Positions 49,449 to 63,878 of a DNA stretch of 64,000 bases are shown piece by piece. The position numbers and the translations under genes are program-made. The notes under the pieces were generated by a model. That model was not told the origin of the DNA. It did not search any database and saw nothing but the letters and a program-made list of their open reading frames with translations. The DNA is from Eremomyces bilateralis CBS 781.70 (taxonomy: Eukaryota): NCBI GenBank assembly GCA_010015585.1, contig ML975165.1; one strand, 5' to 3'. Position 1 is the stretch's first letter. Each line of letters starts with the position of its first letter.

Positions 49449-52103
49449 AATAGGAGCGGAAGAAAAGAAGAGCGACGAAGGAGGGAGTGAAAAGGTAACA
49501 AGAAGTGCAAAGTGCAAAGTGAATTCGGATGTTGTTGTTGTAAACTCGCCGTTTCACAAATGTGAGTGATTGAAATGAATCGCCCACGGGAGATTTGAAT
49601 TCAACTGCAATTGCCCGCAAAGTGAAAATCAATATTTCACTTCACCCCACAGCCTGGTTTCAAGTGAGAAAGATGTGAGGCCGACTAGAACTCCGGGTGT
49701 GAGGATGTGTCCTGCATTCTGGGGTCGCAGAACGGTATATCCAGTGTTTTCCCGCGTCGCGATACACAAGACTAGAGGATCGACGAGCGGAAGTGAGTTG
49801 GAGGTAGATTTCGCAGGGCTTCCACTGGGCAATCTCGAGGATGAATCCCCTCACCAGCGACGGATTCGCGGAGAATGAAACGCAACGGGGGACGAGGCAG
49901 AAATAAGAAGGAACTCGTAGGCTCAAACGTGGGCGGAGTGACGGTATGAGGGAGTCTCGTAATAGTCAGGATCGGAGTGGACAGGATCTGGCCGGATGGT
50001 TGCAGCTGATTAGCGGGCAGGGTTGCATGGGCAACTGAAATGCAATGATGATGTTGCACCAACTGTCAATCGATTTGGCCCAGCTGAAATGTAACGATGA
50101 TCAGGAGGGAAGCCCTGGGAGATGAAGGCGTGGATGGTTTTAACGGATGGATTTGATAAGAGGATTGCAACGCTCAAGTGCTCTAGAGGGGTGGAGTGAA
50201 ATGCGGAGGAGAGATAAAAGCCTGTCTGCCTGAGCCACAGCGATGATGGAAGTTGACGTCTTGTAGATTCAAGTGCCAGGGACCCAGGTAGCTAGTGAAG
50301 GTAAACTGGGCGAGAGAGTAGTGGACCGCCCAACCAAAGTGCATGTGAAACCCAGTGAAGGTAAAGCGAACGAAATGGCGGAGATTTGGGGAAAATGCGG
50401 AGGAGGGAGGTGGATCCTGGCGTCGTTCCAGATGCGAGCACACGATGTTATCAAATCATCAATTCCTTGATGATAATGTCGATGTTCAGCAATGATGTTC
50501 AGCAATTACCGTACTTTCACCTGGCACGGTAACGAAATGACCGGAGCCCTGGATTTGGAAATTGGAATGTGCGGCATAGCAGCAGCGGCAGCACTGCAAT
50601 ATGGTAATATGGCCAAATTCCCAAGACCCTTCCACGTAACCATCAGGCGCAGCCCACTTTGAAATGTCAACCTGAAGTCGATCGTCAAGATACTGTAATT
50701 AGCGGAGGTACCGGTCTGGGGACAGCCACAACCTAAATTATCCAGATCGTCCAGGAGAATAATGAATGGTTGCTTTTATCATCGCCTCTTTAATAATAAC
50801 ATGGCAGCAGATACCGGTATGGCACCATCTCATGATTCTCTAACATAGCTTACATTTAATGACTACTACCTCTGTTTACAGACATGGCCACACTCCTCAT
50901 GGTGTTTTTGCCTGCCAAGATTCGAGTCCTTGCCTTCTCTCATGATAAAGCCTCAGAGTGAAGCACAAGGACCACCCAGCTTTGTCACTGCCGGAACAAT
51001 CGCCGTCTGTCACTCCAAACCACCCGCAGCACTCATCCGCCTCGTACCGGTGAGGGCTTGGCCTCCGTCGGTCAAGAATACTCCACCATCACAAGTCACC
51101 TACTAACCACTGCCTTCCTCGTTCACTTCCAGCGCGATCGAAATCCACTGGTCGAGACTTGACAAGGTCAGAAATGCCGGAGTGCCGACTAACCCGGCTG
51201 AGCCAAGCCTACCACACTGTCCGGAACTGCGGAGTGTCAAGTCACAAGTGGATAATATCATAATATGGCACTGCACGGTGGACGGAATTGCGGGACCATG
51301 AGGCTGCGAATTATGATGGATCTTGACCTCCATCCTTAAATAGCAGCGCAACGTAATGTTTGCCACTCCACCCCTGTCATTGCGATTAGGTGCTGAGTCG
51401 ATATCTCCATGATTCGTATGAATGGTGTTCCCCTCACGAATCATTCATAAAAGACACCACTATGACTTCCACTGCACAATATTAAACCGTTGCCTGATAC
51501 TCTGGTCACTGATAGCCCCCCCAGGATCCAAGCGTGTGATACCCCTCCATTAGACCGGCGTGGATAGGCCCGTAGCCGAGTCTGGAACTATGCATAATGC
51601 AAGTGATGGACGCCACTGGAGACTTTTCGGCTGCTTACCGGAGTGCCGGGCGCCCATCTGGATCAGATTTCAGATCTGGATCGCTTGCACAAGATATGCT
51701 GATATCCAGGTTGCAGCGCCCGCTTTCTATTGGTGCAGATCGGAGCGAGGGATCGGTACTGGCCTGAAAGTCGATACTCTACGGCAAACGCAGAGGGATT
51801 GCTTTATACGGATGGTGATGTGTGTATCGTCAGCCGTACTCCATTAGCTCCAGGAAGCACCCAACATGTCCATCTAATCTTCATTCCCGCATTAAGTACT
51901 GCCGGGATACTGATATCTACCCCACAGCGAACGATCACATGGATGTCTCAGCAATCGTCATGCACTAATGCCATAGATAATGCCGTACCGGATCAAGAGA
52001 TGTCAATGTTGATACCAAGTTTCTTTAACTATGCACAGTCTCAACGACACTCCATAACCGTGGCCCGCCGATAACCCGCCTTAGTCCCACCATCCCCAAC
52101 AAC

Positions 52104-52917
52104 ATGCCCACCGCACCAGAAACCTACTTCCTCCCCCCCACGCCCCACGTCCCCAACTCCCGTCTCCCCGCCCTAGTCTACCGCTCCGTCCTCACTGCAC
52201 CCCTCTCCGCCACCTCCACCATCGCCTCGGTTGAACCGAACCACTGGCTGAAAGGCGGGGTGTTCAAGGCTGTGCGAACACATCATTTTCATTCCGTAAC
52301 GCATGAATGTTATGCTGTGTTTAGGGGGGAGAGTAGTTTGCTCTTGGGGAGAGGACCGGGGGATGATGTGGAGATGGAGAGGGGCGAAAGGAGCGGGGAG
52401 GGGGCGGAGGGGTGGATGACGAGGCGGGTGGTGGTGAGTCTGAGGGAGGGGGATGTTATTGTTCTGCCAGTGGGTCTCGCTTTTGTTCCTTTGACCTTTG
52501 CTTGCATTATTCAGCGCTAAATCTATGGAATTGTTCATCCAATCCTTAAGGGGATTGAGATGGGATGGTGCTCAGAGCTAAGCACTGCCACATAGGCTGG
52601 CCTATCTCACTGCTCCCTTGACCCCGCCGACGGTTACGAGTACGTTGGTTTCTATCCCGAGGTTTGTGCGTCTCCTTTGCGTTGAATGGCCATTCCCACA
52701 CTGCCCGCCTCTCCGGTGAGTCCCTCATCGTTGACCCTAACAAAGTTCTCAGGGGAGCCTGAAATGGGACAACAATTGGTGCAAAGCCGACGTCACCGAA
52801 ACGGCGGAGAAGGCAAAAGTCGCGAAGTCGGTGGCGATACCGGAGTTTGACCCGATATACGGGCGGGAGGGGCCGCTGGTGGAGATTTGGAGAAAGGCGG
52901 ATGATTTGGCGGGTTAG
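52104..52917 (+). CDS. Cupin-domain protein (YjlB-like)
   Basis: PNSRLPALVYR, HHFHSVTHECYAVFRG, GDVIVLP|AGLSHCS..YEYVGFYPE|GSLKWDNNWC..DPIYGREGPLVEIW; two introns. Confidence 0.82.
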
Positions 52918-53047
52918 GAGATTGTCAACTCATCAGACATACCGACATAATAGAAGGAGGGTCGGTAAATGGGGCCGGGACGTGTGGCACGTCTACCACG
53001 AAGAGGGGTATATTCACATATATCATACATATCTACTGTCCTTCGGA

Positions 53048-54921
53048 TCACTCCAGAGCCGATTGATGACCGGACTCGGCGCTATCATCCTTGCTATCAT
53101 CTTTCCGTTGCGTTTCAAAAACCGCATCCGGATGCCCCTTTCCCATCGTGACCACGTTCCTTAGCGACCCAAACGGCAACACGTCCGCGATCCGCTTCTG
53201 CCCCGAGAACAGCATCACGAGCCGATCGATTCCGCAGCCCCAACCGCCCGTCGGTGGGAGACCCCACTCGAGCGCTTCAAGGTAGTTCTCATCCACCTGA
53301 AACTCCTCACCGTCCGCCTGCGGCTCCACATCTTCGAACCCGTCCCAGTGCACATCGCTGCCCACCACCGTCCGAAGTAGCTGCTGCTCGACGAGCTTCT
53401 TGCGCTGGTCGAACGGGCTGTTCTCTTCCTCGTAGCAGTTCATCAATTCCACACCGTTGATGTACAACTCGGCCCGCGCAGCGACGTATTGCTCGGTTTT
53501 ACTGCAGCGGAAGGACTTGGCGAGGGGAGACATCACGACGGGGTGGTTAACGATCCAGGTGATGTTGTCGCAGAGAGGCTCGATGAGATGGCTGCCGAGG
53601 GAGTCGAGGAGACGGGGAAGCGTGGCATTGGTGGGGAGCGGCAGCTTTAAGAAGAGGTGGAGGGTCGTGAGGGCGGTGACAGTTGAACGGAGCTCGGCGC
53701 GGGTCTTGACTGCAATCATAGGAAATTTGAAGTTAGGGTTATCAAGGCGCTCGCCGATGACAGACTCGAGAGTAGGGATGAATTCTAGGGTTTTCCACTG
53801 TCCGTCGAAGTTGATATTCTCCGGAATATGCGGGGGCTCCTTGAGTATGCCTTCTGAATGCGCCTTTCTCAGTGCTTTCACTATGCGGACCAGGATATTC
53901 CGTGTTCGTGAAATGAGTACTTTCTTATTGGCATGCGGTTCGTAGAATTCGCACATGGTGAATTCTGGGTTGTGTGTAGCGTCAACTCCTTCATTCCGGA
54001 AGGCTGGTCCAATTTCGTAAACCGGTCCAATGTCGCCAACAATCATGCGCTTCAAAAAAAGCTCAGGGGCAATTCGGAGTCTTAAATCGACATTTGTCAT
54101 CTCCGTAGCAATTGTTCGAAACGACCGAGCGGCAGCCCCTGATGCGCCGAAGCCGAGGATTGGAGTGTTGACTTCGGTGAAGCGGAAGCCGTCGAAGTAC
54201 GACCGCATGGTCTGCTGAATGATATGGCGTATTCTGATGGCGTTCGTGAGTTGTGGATCCGTCATCATAGCCACATGCCTGCGTCTGGCAAGAGCCTCCT
54301 TCTTTGCGATCCCCTTCGGGATGAGGTGCAACGAGGGCGCAATGATCTCGGGTAGTTGGTTCGCTCGTAATCCAATTGTCCCGGGCATTCGCTCAACTTC
54401 GTGTAAAGTGCCACGGACCCGAATATGATCACCGACGCGGAGGAGTTTATGTAGGTTTCGGAAATCATCCTTCAAAAGGAATTCCGGCATCGAGGAGTAG
54501 CTCGCAGTCACCTGCGTATGTGTCTTTCCATCGGTGATGTGGATGAAATGGAGGTTCGAGCCGAGATGCGCAAGCTTTTCGATCCTGCCTAACAAACATC
54601 AGCGGGGAATGGAAGCAGCTATCTCGACTATAGCGAACCGTGAACATAGACAGAATGAACCGGTGACGGCTCATCGGATTGTTGGCGTTGCTGAAGGTTG
54701 ATAGAGGCATTGTAACGGTCCGGGAGGGTGGACAATTCTGTAGGATTGCTTAATATGCGAGGGTAAAGCCGTCGCAGGGGAGCATATTCCTTCAAATCTT
54801 CCACTCGCTTTTCATATTCCGCGGTCGTGGGACTGGACCTTTGTGTAGGAGGTTGTGGTTGAGGAGCGGTAGCATATTTTCGAATGGAGTTCGCAGCGCG
54901 TCGGACTACATATCTGCGCAT
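53048..54921 (-). CDS. MSK1: Mitochondrial lysyl-tRNA synthetase (class II)
   Basis: Arg-rich presequence MRRYVVRRAANSIRKYA; OB fold; GAAARSF, LRIAPELFLKR, FRNEGVDATHNPEFTMCEFY, GLPPTGGWGCGIDRLVML; one intron near 54590-54635. Confidence 0.92.
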
Positions 54922-55384
54922 ACTACAACGTCGTCAGCACTGTTGTCGTCTTCAGCAACATGGAACATGAGTGGAATCGATAAGGGGCCAGAAATAAAAC
55001 AGAAATGTAGTCATGCGATGAACATCGTCATACGCAGCGGTTCTGAATGTACGCAGTTTCACTAATTGCTGAGCGCAAATTGAGATTCGACTTACTTGGC
55101 TTAAGAGGAACTCAGTATGAGCCCCCAGGCATTCCGATCAGCCAAAATTGACGACAATATGCTTCGACAACAAACCGGGAGTGAGTCAAGCTGTGGTCAC
55201 ATTCAATGTTAAAAAGGTTCAATTGGAGATCCTGATATTCATGACTACATTCCTGGTGGATGCGATCGAAGACCCCTGTCCCACCCCTGCTTGCTCCAAG
55301 AGCCTCAATATCGTAAACCTTAAAGAGTAACATTCAAGTTCTGACCAGCTTCTCCTCTTGACGATTTCACTTAATGAATTCGTC

Positions 55385-57022
55385 CTATCCATCTTTGTAT
55401 ATGTCAGAGTCGAATTTCGCGGGAAACCTATCCCTTCCTTCAGCACTCTTGCTGACCCAAACGCTGATGCTGATCCCAGGACATTTAAACAACCCCCATC
55501 CCTCCTCATCAATCGTAACTTCGTCGGGCTGCCAGCCTAGCAAGTCGGTCCAAACTTCCCCAGCATGCTCGTTGCCCACGAGCATCTTCCGTTCCCCTGG
55601 ACCTGCGTTGCTCATCACGCAAGCGAGTCCGTTTGGCCTGTCGCTCGTCCCCTGACGCACCCAGCCGATGCAGTTTTCCTCGTCGAAATAGTCATTCTGC
55701 TCTCCATATCCATAAAGTTTGCGAGCAAGGATTAGATCGGGCAGCTTACCGCCGCAGGAGGGCGGTTCAGGGTGCTCGCCACCTATCCCGTAGAGGTCGC
55801 CGTAGAATACGCAAGGGTACCCGTCTTGCCGAAGAAGAATGAGGCTGTAGGCCAGCGGTTTGAAAAATCCTTCGATTGGAGTCTCCATTGTCTGCCCGGG
55901 TTGCGTATCATGGTTCATTACGCAAGTCTGAATGCGGTTTTCTGCGTCAGCTGAAGGGTATATACGTGGGTATTTAAGAAGTGACTTACAACAGCATTCA
56001 TGGGCGCTTCCTGAACAAGACTGTTGTCGAGAACTTGCCTCAGGTCGGCATTTTCTGACGTCGATATTTGGGAGAAATTGTAGAGCAACGGCGAGTCAAA
56101 GAGGTGAAATTTTGGACCCATGGAGTCCAGCCACTCCTTCAGCGTCGACGTTTCACCAACCCAATACTCTCCCACCATGAAGATGTCGTCGCCGCATTCT
56201 TGTCTGACAAACGACACCCAATGATCGGTGAATGTCTCCGAGTAGTGCTGAACAGCATCCAGTCGAAATCCTTTCAAGCCAAGCTCTTTCGTAATCCAAA
56301 CCCCCCAGTTCTTGACATCGTCGGAGCACTCCTTGTGGTGGAAGTCGACGTCCGCAAACATCATATAATCCTCGTTCTTCGGGACAGTGTGGCTCCAATG
56401 CTTGTCGTCGCCGAGGATGCGGTAGATTGCCGTCTTTTCATTTGCGCCGTTGTAGTCAGTCCCGGTGAAATGATCCCAGTGATACTTCTGAGAACTGTAT
56501 GCGTCTCCTCGTCCAGGGAAGTCAAATCCCAACCATGCGTCTATCTCATACGGATCGGTCACTGCCTTCTCATGGTCTTCGGAGTCGACTTCAACCGCTT
56601 GGCATTTCTCTTTGTGGTCCGCTCCGGCCTTGTGGTTCAGAACTGCGTCCCAATATAGGCCGACACCAACGTCTTTGGCCTTCTTGGCTAGTTCCATGAG
56701 TTCCTCTTTGCCGCCCCATTTCGTGCGTCGCGACCCTTTCTGTTCGAATTCGCCCAGATCATACAGGTCATAGATATCATAGCCGTTCCCCTCTGAGCTG
56801 GATGCTTTACATCCTGGAGGAAGCCATATGTTGTCTATGCCAACTGATTTGAGAGTATCGATCTTGGAGAGAAGTCGCTTCCAGTGGTTGCCATCTGCTG
56901 GTACATTCCACTCAAAACCCTGAAGTAGAGTGGCATTTTCAGCAGTCGGGGTATCTGCTTGCAATTGTCATTAGTCGGCTGCCACAAATTAGTGGGAATA
57001 TCAACGCACGTTGGGATCCCAT
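55385..57022 (-). CDS. Intracellular alpha-amylase, GH13 subfamily 5-like
   Basis: TLLQGFEW, GYDIYDLYDLGEF.QKG..RTKWG, DAVLNHK, GFRLDAVQH, VGEYW, NHDTQPGQ, GYPCVFYGDLYG; no signal peptide; two introns. Confidence 0.92.
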
Positions 57023-58155
57023 TTCAAGTCTCGTTTATTTGCCTATCCGTTGGATTTTGAGGAAGAGAGGATCTCACTACCGTAACTGCAGCATTTTCTA
57101 TAATATGATTTGGGCCAGGAAAGCGCGAGCAATATGTCATACTGTTGCATCATGCCAAGCAGTGGTTCTCCCCAAACCTGCATTTTTTACGGAGCTATAT
57201 CCAACCAATAGCACTACATACTATATTGGTAACACTAGCAAATAGCAATTTATGGGTTGGAATTAAGAGTTTGAAGTGTATCGCGAACCGTAATGTTGAT
57301 GACGTCGAAGGTTGAACAACATGGGGCTGGCGATCAAGGAAGATCGAAGCTGCGGTTTTGGATCTTTTAGTGCGCCAGATTAGGTATCAGCCTTGGTGCC
57401 TTGAGATTCGCCCCACCACGTGACTCCCTCCTACCAACTAGCCGGAGGAACCATCTCCGATTGGCCTCGTCACCCAACACCGCGGCTTGACTGATGATTA
57501 CTGATCACCTTTGCTGATAACGTTATGCTTGGTGCTGTGAAACCCTGCATTCATCACTCGCGAGCCGCGGAGCCTCGTATTCTTTGGTCGCAGGCTTGAA
57601 GGTTGAGCCGGTGAATTACGCCTTTCGTGGGGTCCTGATATTGTTAGGCACTCGTGGAAGCAACTGGGACTACCTGGCTATCGATCTTAAACTTCTGATC
57701 GTGTATCCTTCTATCTGACGTTTCCAACCTTCTAATTTAGTTAATATTGTTCATCCTTGAGTCTAGACTTCAGAATACAGTCCATCCCCAGTCAGCACTA
57801 TGTATAGGAATTAGGAGGGTCTCCACCCTTCCAACCTTCCCATACGACAAGGCCGCCTGAATACGTCTTCTTTGGAACTTGCCATAGTTGAAAGGCCCTT
57901 GAGGATATATCTTACTCATCATTGACAGAGTCTTCGAATCGACTTCTAGAAGGGCGTGCCACCGCCTCTGCTGACAAAAGTCGCCTTGCGTGCTCTGGCT
58001 CCATTGAATGCCATTGCTACCCAGTATCCTGCCAACTACAAAGGAATATGCGAAGTAACGATATCAAACTGTGACAATAAAACTATTTCAAACTACATTC
58101 AGCTTGTCTGCCTGAAGAGGTTCATAAGAGAAGGGCGACGTGGTGATCCGGCAAT

Positions 58156-60381
58156 ATGACATCCTCCGAAAGCGAAACAGGGGTTACGAGAAAGAGGCAA
58201 CGGACTTCCTCTACCAAGTCCGCCGGCGCCGATGAAAGCAAAAGACATCGAGGAAGGCCTCGAGTCGACCCGCAAGACGAGACCGCAGCAGATGTGAGTT
58301 ACGATAATTCCCCTATTCCGTTTCGAATGGACATTACAAAGCATCCGAAGTTTGAACTTCGAGTAATCAGCTATCCCTCCAAGCGTTTGAAATCTTGCCA
58401 ATTGATACCCGTTACCCCGTTACCCTGTTGCCGTCCCAGAGCTCCTATTGACATTATGACAGAAACGGCGAACGCAAATTCGCTTGGCTCAGAGAGCATA
58501 CCGGCAAAGGAAAGAGACCACTATCGGTTCGTTGAAAAAACAGGTCTCTGATCTTCAGTCGATCATTGAGGAAATGAACAAGTCATTCCTTAACTTCAAC
58601 GATACGGCCGTGAATCTAGGGATTCTTCAAGCAAAACCTGAACTAGCGCAAGCTTTAAGGAACGCAACGGAGCAATTCATCACCTTAGCGAAAACCGCAA
58701 ATAGCGGAGATGAAGAGAATGGAGACGATGCAGAAACCCCGGAGTCTAATGCAAGCAAAACAAAGTCTTCTCAGGACTCCGCGGCTATATCTGGAGGCGA
58801 TCGAGAGCCGCCCAAGGAACCTACCCCGCAGAAACAGCGTACCGTGGACATCGGCATGGGATATACGAAGACATTTTATGATGCTTCGTCCTCCCCTCGT
58901 CCATCTAACCTGGAGTCGCATGATGCCTTCCCGTTGACAGGATCCCCCGATCAAAACTTCGTTCAAAGCAACGATGCATCAATCACCACGAGTAACAATT
59001 ACAATCTCACCCAATATCACGCATTCATGCCATCTCCCCCAGGTTCACCGCTTGGAATGGCCCTTGATGCGTGGCATAAGACAGTATCCGTACCACAGCC
59101 TCTTACATTCTCCTTCAATGAGACCACATTCGCTCGCCGCCTACATCGTGCTGCTATAGAGTCAGGGTACCAACTTCTTGCCAACGCCGATGTTCGTACC
59201 ACGCTTTTCAAACATGTCTTCAAACTCTCTTTACTTTATAATACACCCGAACAAATCTTCCTCAAATTTCGGTCTATACTTCTGCGAGAGCCGACCGCAT
59301 CTCTGGAATTTTGGCAAACGCCTTTCATTCATCTTGGTGGTGCTGGCACTCATTATCCCCGACGGGACGAGACAGGCGCTCTCATAGGGCCAAAAAACAG
59401 TTGGCAAGTGCGGAGCATAGGACCTATGAGATCAAAGATCGGAAGAGCAAGATTGGAAAGCGGCCAAGGGGCTGGAGACGCTGGGATCGATCTTGATCTC
59501 GAAGGCTTTGATGGCGAATGGTTCGATTCCAACGATGTCCAAGGTTATCTCGAGGAGAAAGGGATCTTCATTCAACCTCGCGCTAGCTTTGCAGAAGCGG
59601 AATACGTGGATATTGATGGCTTGACTGGCACTGGTGATGGATTCTTGGTCAGCATGCCGACTGATGAGGAAGACCTCACTGTTGGCCGATCCTGTCTGCG
59701 TAACGCATCAATGAACTTAGGGTCGAGTGCAGATCAAGGGATGGACTATTTCTCACCAAACGAGTCGCCCCCGCCCACATTTTTAACAAAAGGAGCACAG
59801 ATGGACCTTCTATCACAGCCGACGATAACAGGAGCTCCAGAATTGAAGTCATCTTCATTCACCCCGCCCTCTACCGACCTTGGCTTCGATCCGCAGATAG
59901 GTCTCCTTGGCGATGTGATGGATAATTCTAATCTGGAATTCGGCGACCTCGCCGCTGGTGTCCCCTCCCTCGGATCGTTCTCCAACATTGATATCGACAC
60001 GTCGGAGAAAATATCTAATGCATGGTTCGACGACTTCAGTCTGTACGAAGAATCCTCGATATCCAAAAGTGGGAGCAGTGTGTCAGCGGGCACGTCAGCA
60101 GGCACACCATCACCTCCGGCCATTCGGATGCCGTTGCCGAGGGTCGGCGATTCTGCTTTTGCTGGCACAGGAAAGGATCGTGCAGTCAGGCGGAAGGTGG
60201 TGATTGATGTTCCTAGGTTTGTTGATGGTGAGTCGCGTATCAGGTTTCATACTCGTATTGAAGAAAGCTAACCACGCGCGCAGAACTGATCATGCGTGCT
60301 GTTTGTCTTGGTCGTGCGCCGGGGTTCCGACGAAGAGATGTTGATCGAGCGTTTGAGCGATCTATCATACAAATGGGCTAG
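58156..60381 (+). CDS. bZIP transcription factor
   Basis: RGRPRVDPQDETAAD|KRRTQIRLAQRAYRQRKETTIGSLKKQVSDLQ; FSFNETTFARRLHR; last exon VCLGRAPGFRRRDVD. Confidence 0.88.
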
Positions 60382-61569
60382 CTGGCATTTGCGGTTTCGG
60401 CGGGCATTCTTGCAACCTGCTTGGACGAGATGCGTTTATGGAGTTTTGGATACTCCATCTAGGTTGATCCGGTTGGCGGGTGACTACGGTTCGATGAAAC
60501 ATTCGCTCTGGATGGCGCACGTGTTTCGTAGGCCCTGCCTCTTAATCACTTGAGTTATATGTGTCAGATGATCGAGTCTCGACGCGTTCCTCACTCTATG
60601 GGGAAAAGGGGATATGGGCATGATGAGAGACAGGGTCGGTTCGTGTATCATTATCGATGCAGACGCGACGAATGCCATCACTACGACAGTCGACAGGAAA
60701 TTCACCTTTCAAAATCGAAACTTCATTCAAGAGCGCACTTTTTCCAGTCTCCATCCAGGCGCGTTGCGGCGCTCGTCTCTGTTTTCATTTGCAAAACGCG
60801 CTGCGAACCTGGTTACCAAGCGACGGTTGCCGGGATTTATTGTTTCAAACGAAGGTTTAAATAATCAGCCACGTCCATACAAAGTTCCACACAGACCATA
60901 GCTAATTGTGACCTCTATCCATCCACTTTCTACCAAATTGGGATCTCAACGCCACGACTAACTTGTTCCTGACGCGTCTGTCGCGACAGATTTGATCAAT
61001 AGACGCGACCTCCCCTGTAAGAACGGATTCGGCGGCGCAGTGCATGCGTTAGCGGCTGCCAAGTGCTGCAGCCAACCACACCGAACCTCCCCGCCATTGG
61101 CTGCCCCGGCTACACTCGAAACATCCAGCACATCCCCCCGCCTCTGCTCCCACTGACCGACCAAAGAACACGTCCAACACGCTCGATACTTAATCGCACG
61201 ACCGCGACATAGTCGCGATGCTGTTTAACACCATCCTGTTTTCGATTCCTGGTCGCGTTTTGGCTCACGGCCACACTGGCCAGCCGTTGCCGTTGAGTCA
61301 TACTTGCATCGTACATGTTGTTTTCGACAGCCATCGCCCGCGTTCCTCACCGGACGGGTAGAAAAGATGGCGGGCATGGTGAATGAGTTGCCTGATGAAC
61401 CTGAGATGCCCAGTTTTGCGATGTTGCGATCTAGATATCCAAGATTCCTCCATGCGCGTGGCTGTTTATCGTAGCAATCACTGTTATTAGCTATCGTCAA
61501 TCTTCGCTTCTTCTAATTCAATTGCTGGGTAAAGGCTCAGGGACTTGGTTGTTACGACTTACGAATGAA

Positions 61570-63878
61570 ATGAATTGCGAATCCTCAAATCCGTCCCTGC
61601 GTCGCACGGAGTCTGCGGAATCGGCCGGTCAGCAATCGGCGAAACGATTGTTGTTTGGCGAGATTGATACTAGTAGTTGTTCTACATTGTCGACTGGTCG
61701 AAGATGTAAGCGCTTTTGGCTTTTGAGTCCCATCTGAATTTGCGCATTTATACGAAATCACTGCGGTGCCTTTCGAAAAGGGAGGTCTGGCTGGTTGCTG
61801 ACTGGCTATCTGTAGCACGAACAAACAGCTCGGTCTGCGCCTTGGTGGACTCCAGAGACCGGTTCTTCAACCGCTTCTGGGCAGAAGAAAACTGTCGGGA
61901 TTCCTTTTTGTCGCAGGTCGACAGGAAGACGTTGCCAAATCTCAGACTTGTTTGCCATGACTTTGGAGCGCGGGCAGCTCCAATTCTTTTCGAAGAGGTC
62001 AGTATCACTTTCAAGACCAGTACTTTCGCGCGGCCGACGCGACTCCTGGCCCTTGAAAGGATCGGGCATCATGTGAAGACTTTCAAGTTCAATATGCCTC
62101 ATCTGCAGGAGACTTTCCTCCCGCCGCTCATTGACGACGTGACGGGAGAAGGGAGAAGCTTTGTCTACACCCCGCAGATACACAAGCCGGAAACTCTCAT
62201 CGGGAAAGTCAAACTGCCAAAGTATGGAAGTTGGGAGATGACGGATATGCTGATCAAACAGTATCCGCCCCTCTTCCATGCCGCTACCAACATCCCTTCG
62301 TTTATTCGCGCTCTTGAGGCTTTGCCGACATTATCGCATTTAATTGTCAATTGCCCTGGTCAGACGGTTGGACAGCGCAATCGGCGCAGCACTGTTGACT
62401 ACGCACTGATATCATTGCGCATTGCGGTTGAACGCGCGTCACTGCCTCTGCTATCGCGGTTGACCTTTGCCCATATCCATCCCGGGGGCCTTCTTTACAT
62501 GCACCCGATGCTTGGCCTAGGTTCTCCTCCAGGAACGGCGAAGTGCTGGAGACAAATCAAGCACCTTAGCCTTACGGTGGACGCCATTTCCGTGGAACCA
62601 ACACCAGCAAATATGAGAGGTGACGGGCTGGAGCACTTAAGGGTTCTTCACACCTTTTTTAGTGCCTTTTCACCACGCGTGAAGCAGCTCTACTTCCAAT
62701 GGTTAGGTGGAAAGGGCCCATGTCCATTATCGTTGGACCTGGAGCCTGCGTTGCAATCACAGCCGTCCGTTGATGGACCATCGCCGAAGCCGTCGTTGTC
62801 ATCCTTACCGCCACCTACTCCCCCCAGGTTGCGAAAACCGCACGCAATATCTTCGACACCGCCGCCGCGTCAACCGCCGCGTCCGCAAACGCCGCCTGTG
62901 GATTTCTGCCCCTCCCCTTCTCTCTCTACAACTTCGACCTTCTCCAAGTCCTCCTCGATCTCTAACTCCTCTCCGAAGCGGTCAAATTCCACCAGGCGTG
63001 AGATGCCTCCTCTACCGCGCCTCGACACTGCGTTCTCCCGTGGCCCGAACCCCTACTTCCCACCTACCCCTCCCTCTTCTTCCTCATCCGTCAACTCCTC
63101 CGGTTCCCGGGGTTCTTTCTCCCCTACCAGAGTGCCGTCCACAGCGAACACCACACCTTTAAGCCCCTCGCCTTCCCTACCCGCTGTCTACTTCCCTCGC
63201 CTCACCCATCTCAGTCTCCAGTCCCTTAGCACCCCAGCATCTCATCTCGCTGCTCTCATCACACGCCACCAACGGTCTCTCGAAGATTTTGCTTTCGAAG
63301 CGTGTCATCTAACCTCCGGCGACTGGGACGAGGCACTCGAGCCGCTCACCGCCATCACCGGCTCTTCCCGCTGGAAAGGTCGCGAGGTTGAGGTGTGGGA
63401 CGTACCGCTCATCATCGACGGAGCCGGCGGCATGGGTGTCAGGAGTAGCATGGTGAGCTCTCGGAGTCGGAGAACGCCTGTGCCACGTGGTGTGCGGAAC
63501 CAGGTAGTACTGGATGCAGCAAAGAAGGCGAAGGAATCCAAACGGCCGATGGAAGTGATGTTCAAGGAGGTGGCGCTGGAGACGGAAGCACCGCGGAGGG
63601 ATGGCGGAGGTTGGAGACCTGCGCTTCCTCCGATCCCTCCCACGAAGATCTTCGATGGGGAGGGATTCACGGGCATTCCACGTCCTATGAGCCGGCTCGA
63701 GAGACACGCCTTGGGAATGTCGGACGAGGAAGGGAAGAAGAAAGGGAGGCTGGGGAGGTGGTTCGGCAGGAGGAAAAGGGATGCGGTTGGCGGGAGCAAT
63801 GTTAACGGGACACTTCCGCCGATAAACGAGGAAGAGCCTGCCAGGAGGAATTGGTTAGGTGTATTGACTTGGAGGTGA
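61570..63878 (+). CDS. Hypothetical protein with F-box-like N-terminal segment and Pro/Ser-rich insert
   Basis: First exon from ATG 61570 spliced (gtaagc...gtag) into the 720-aa ORF frame; LPNLRLVCHDFGARAAPILFEEV resembles an F-box. Confidence 0.7.

Noticed and set aside
49500..52050. Short ORFs in a 2.5-kb intergenic region
   Set aside because: No coherent exon chain, codon bias or motif found; likely regulatory or UTR sequence.
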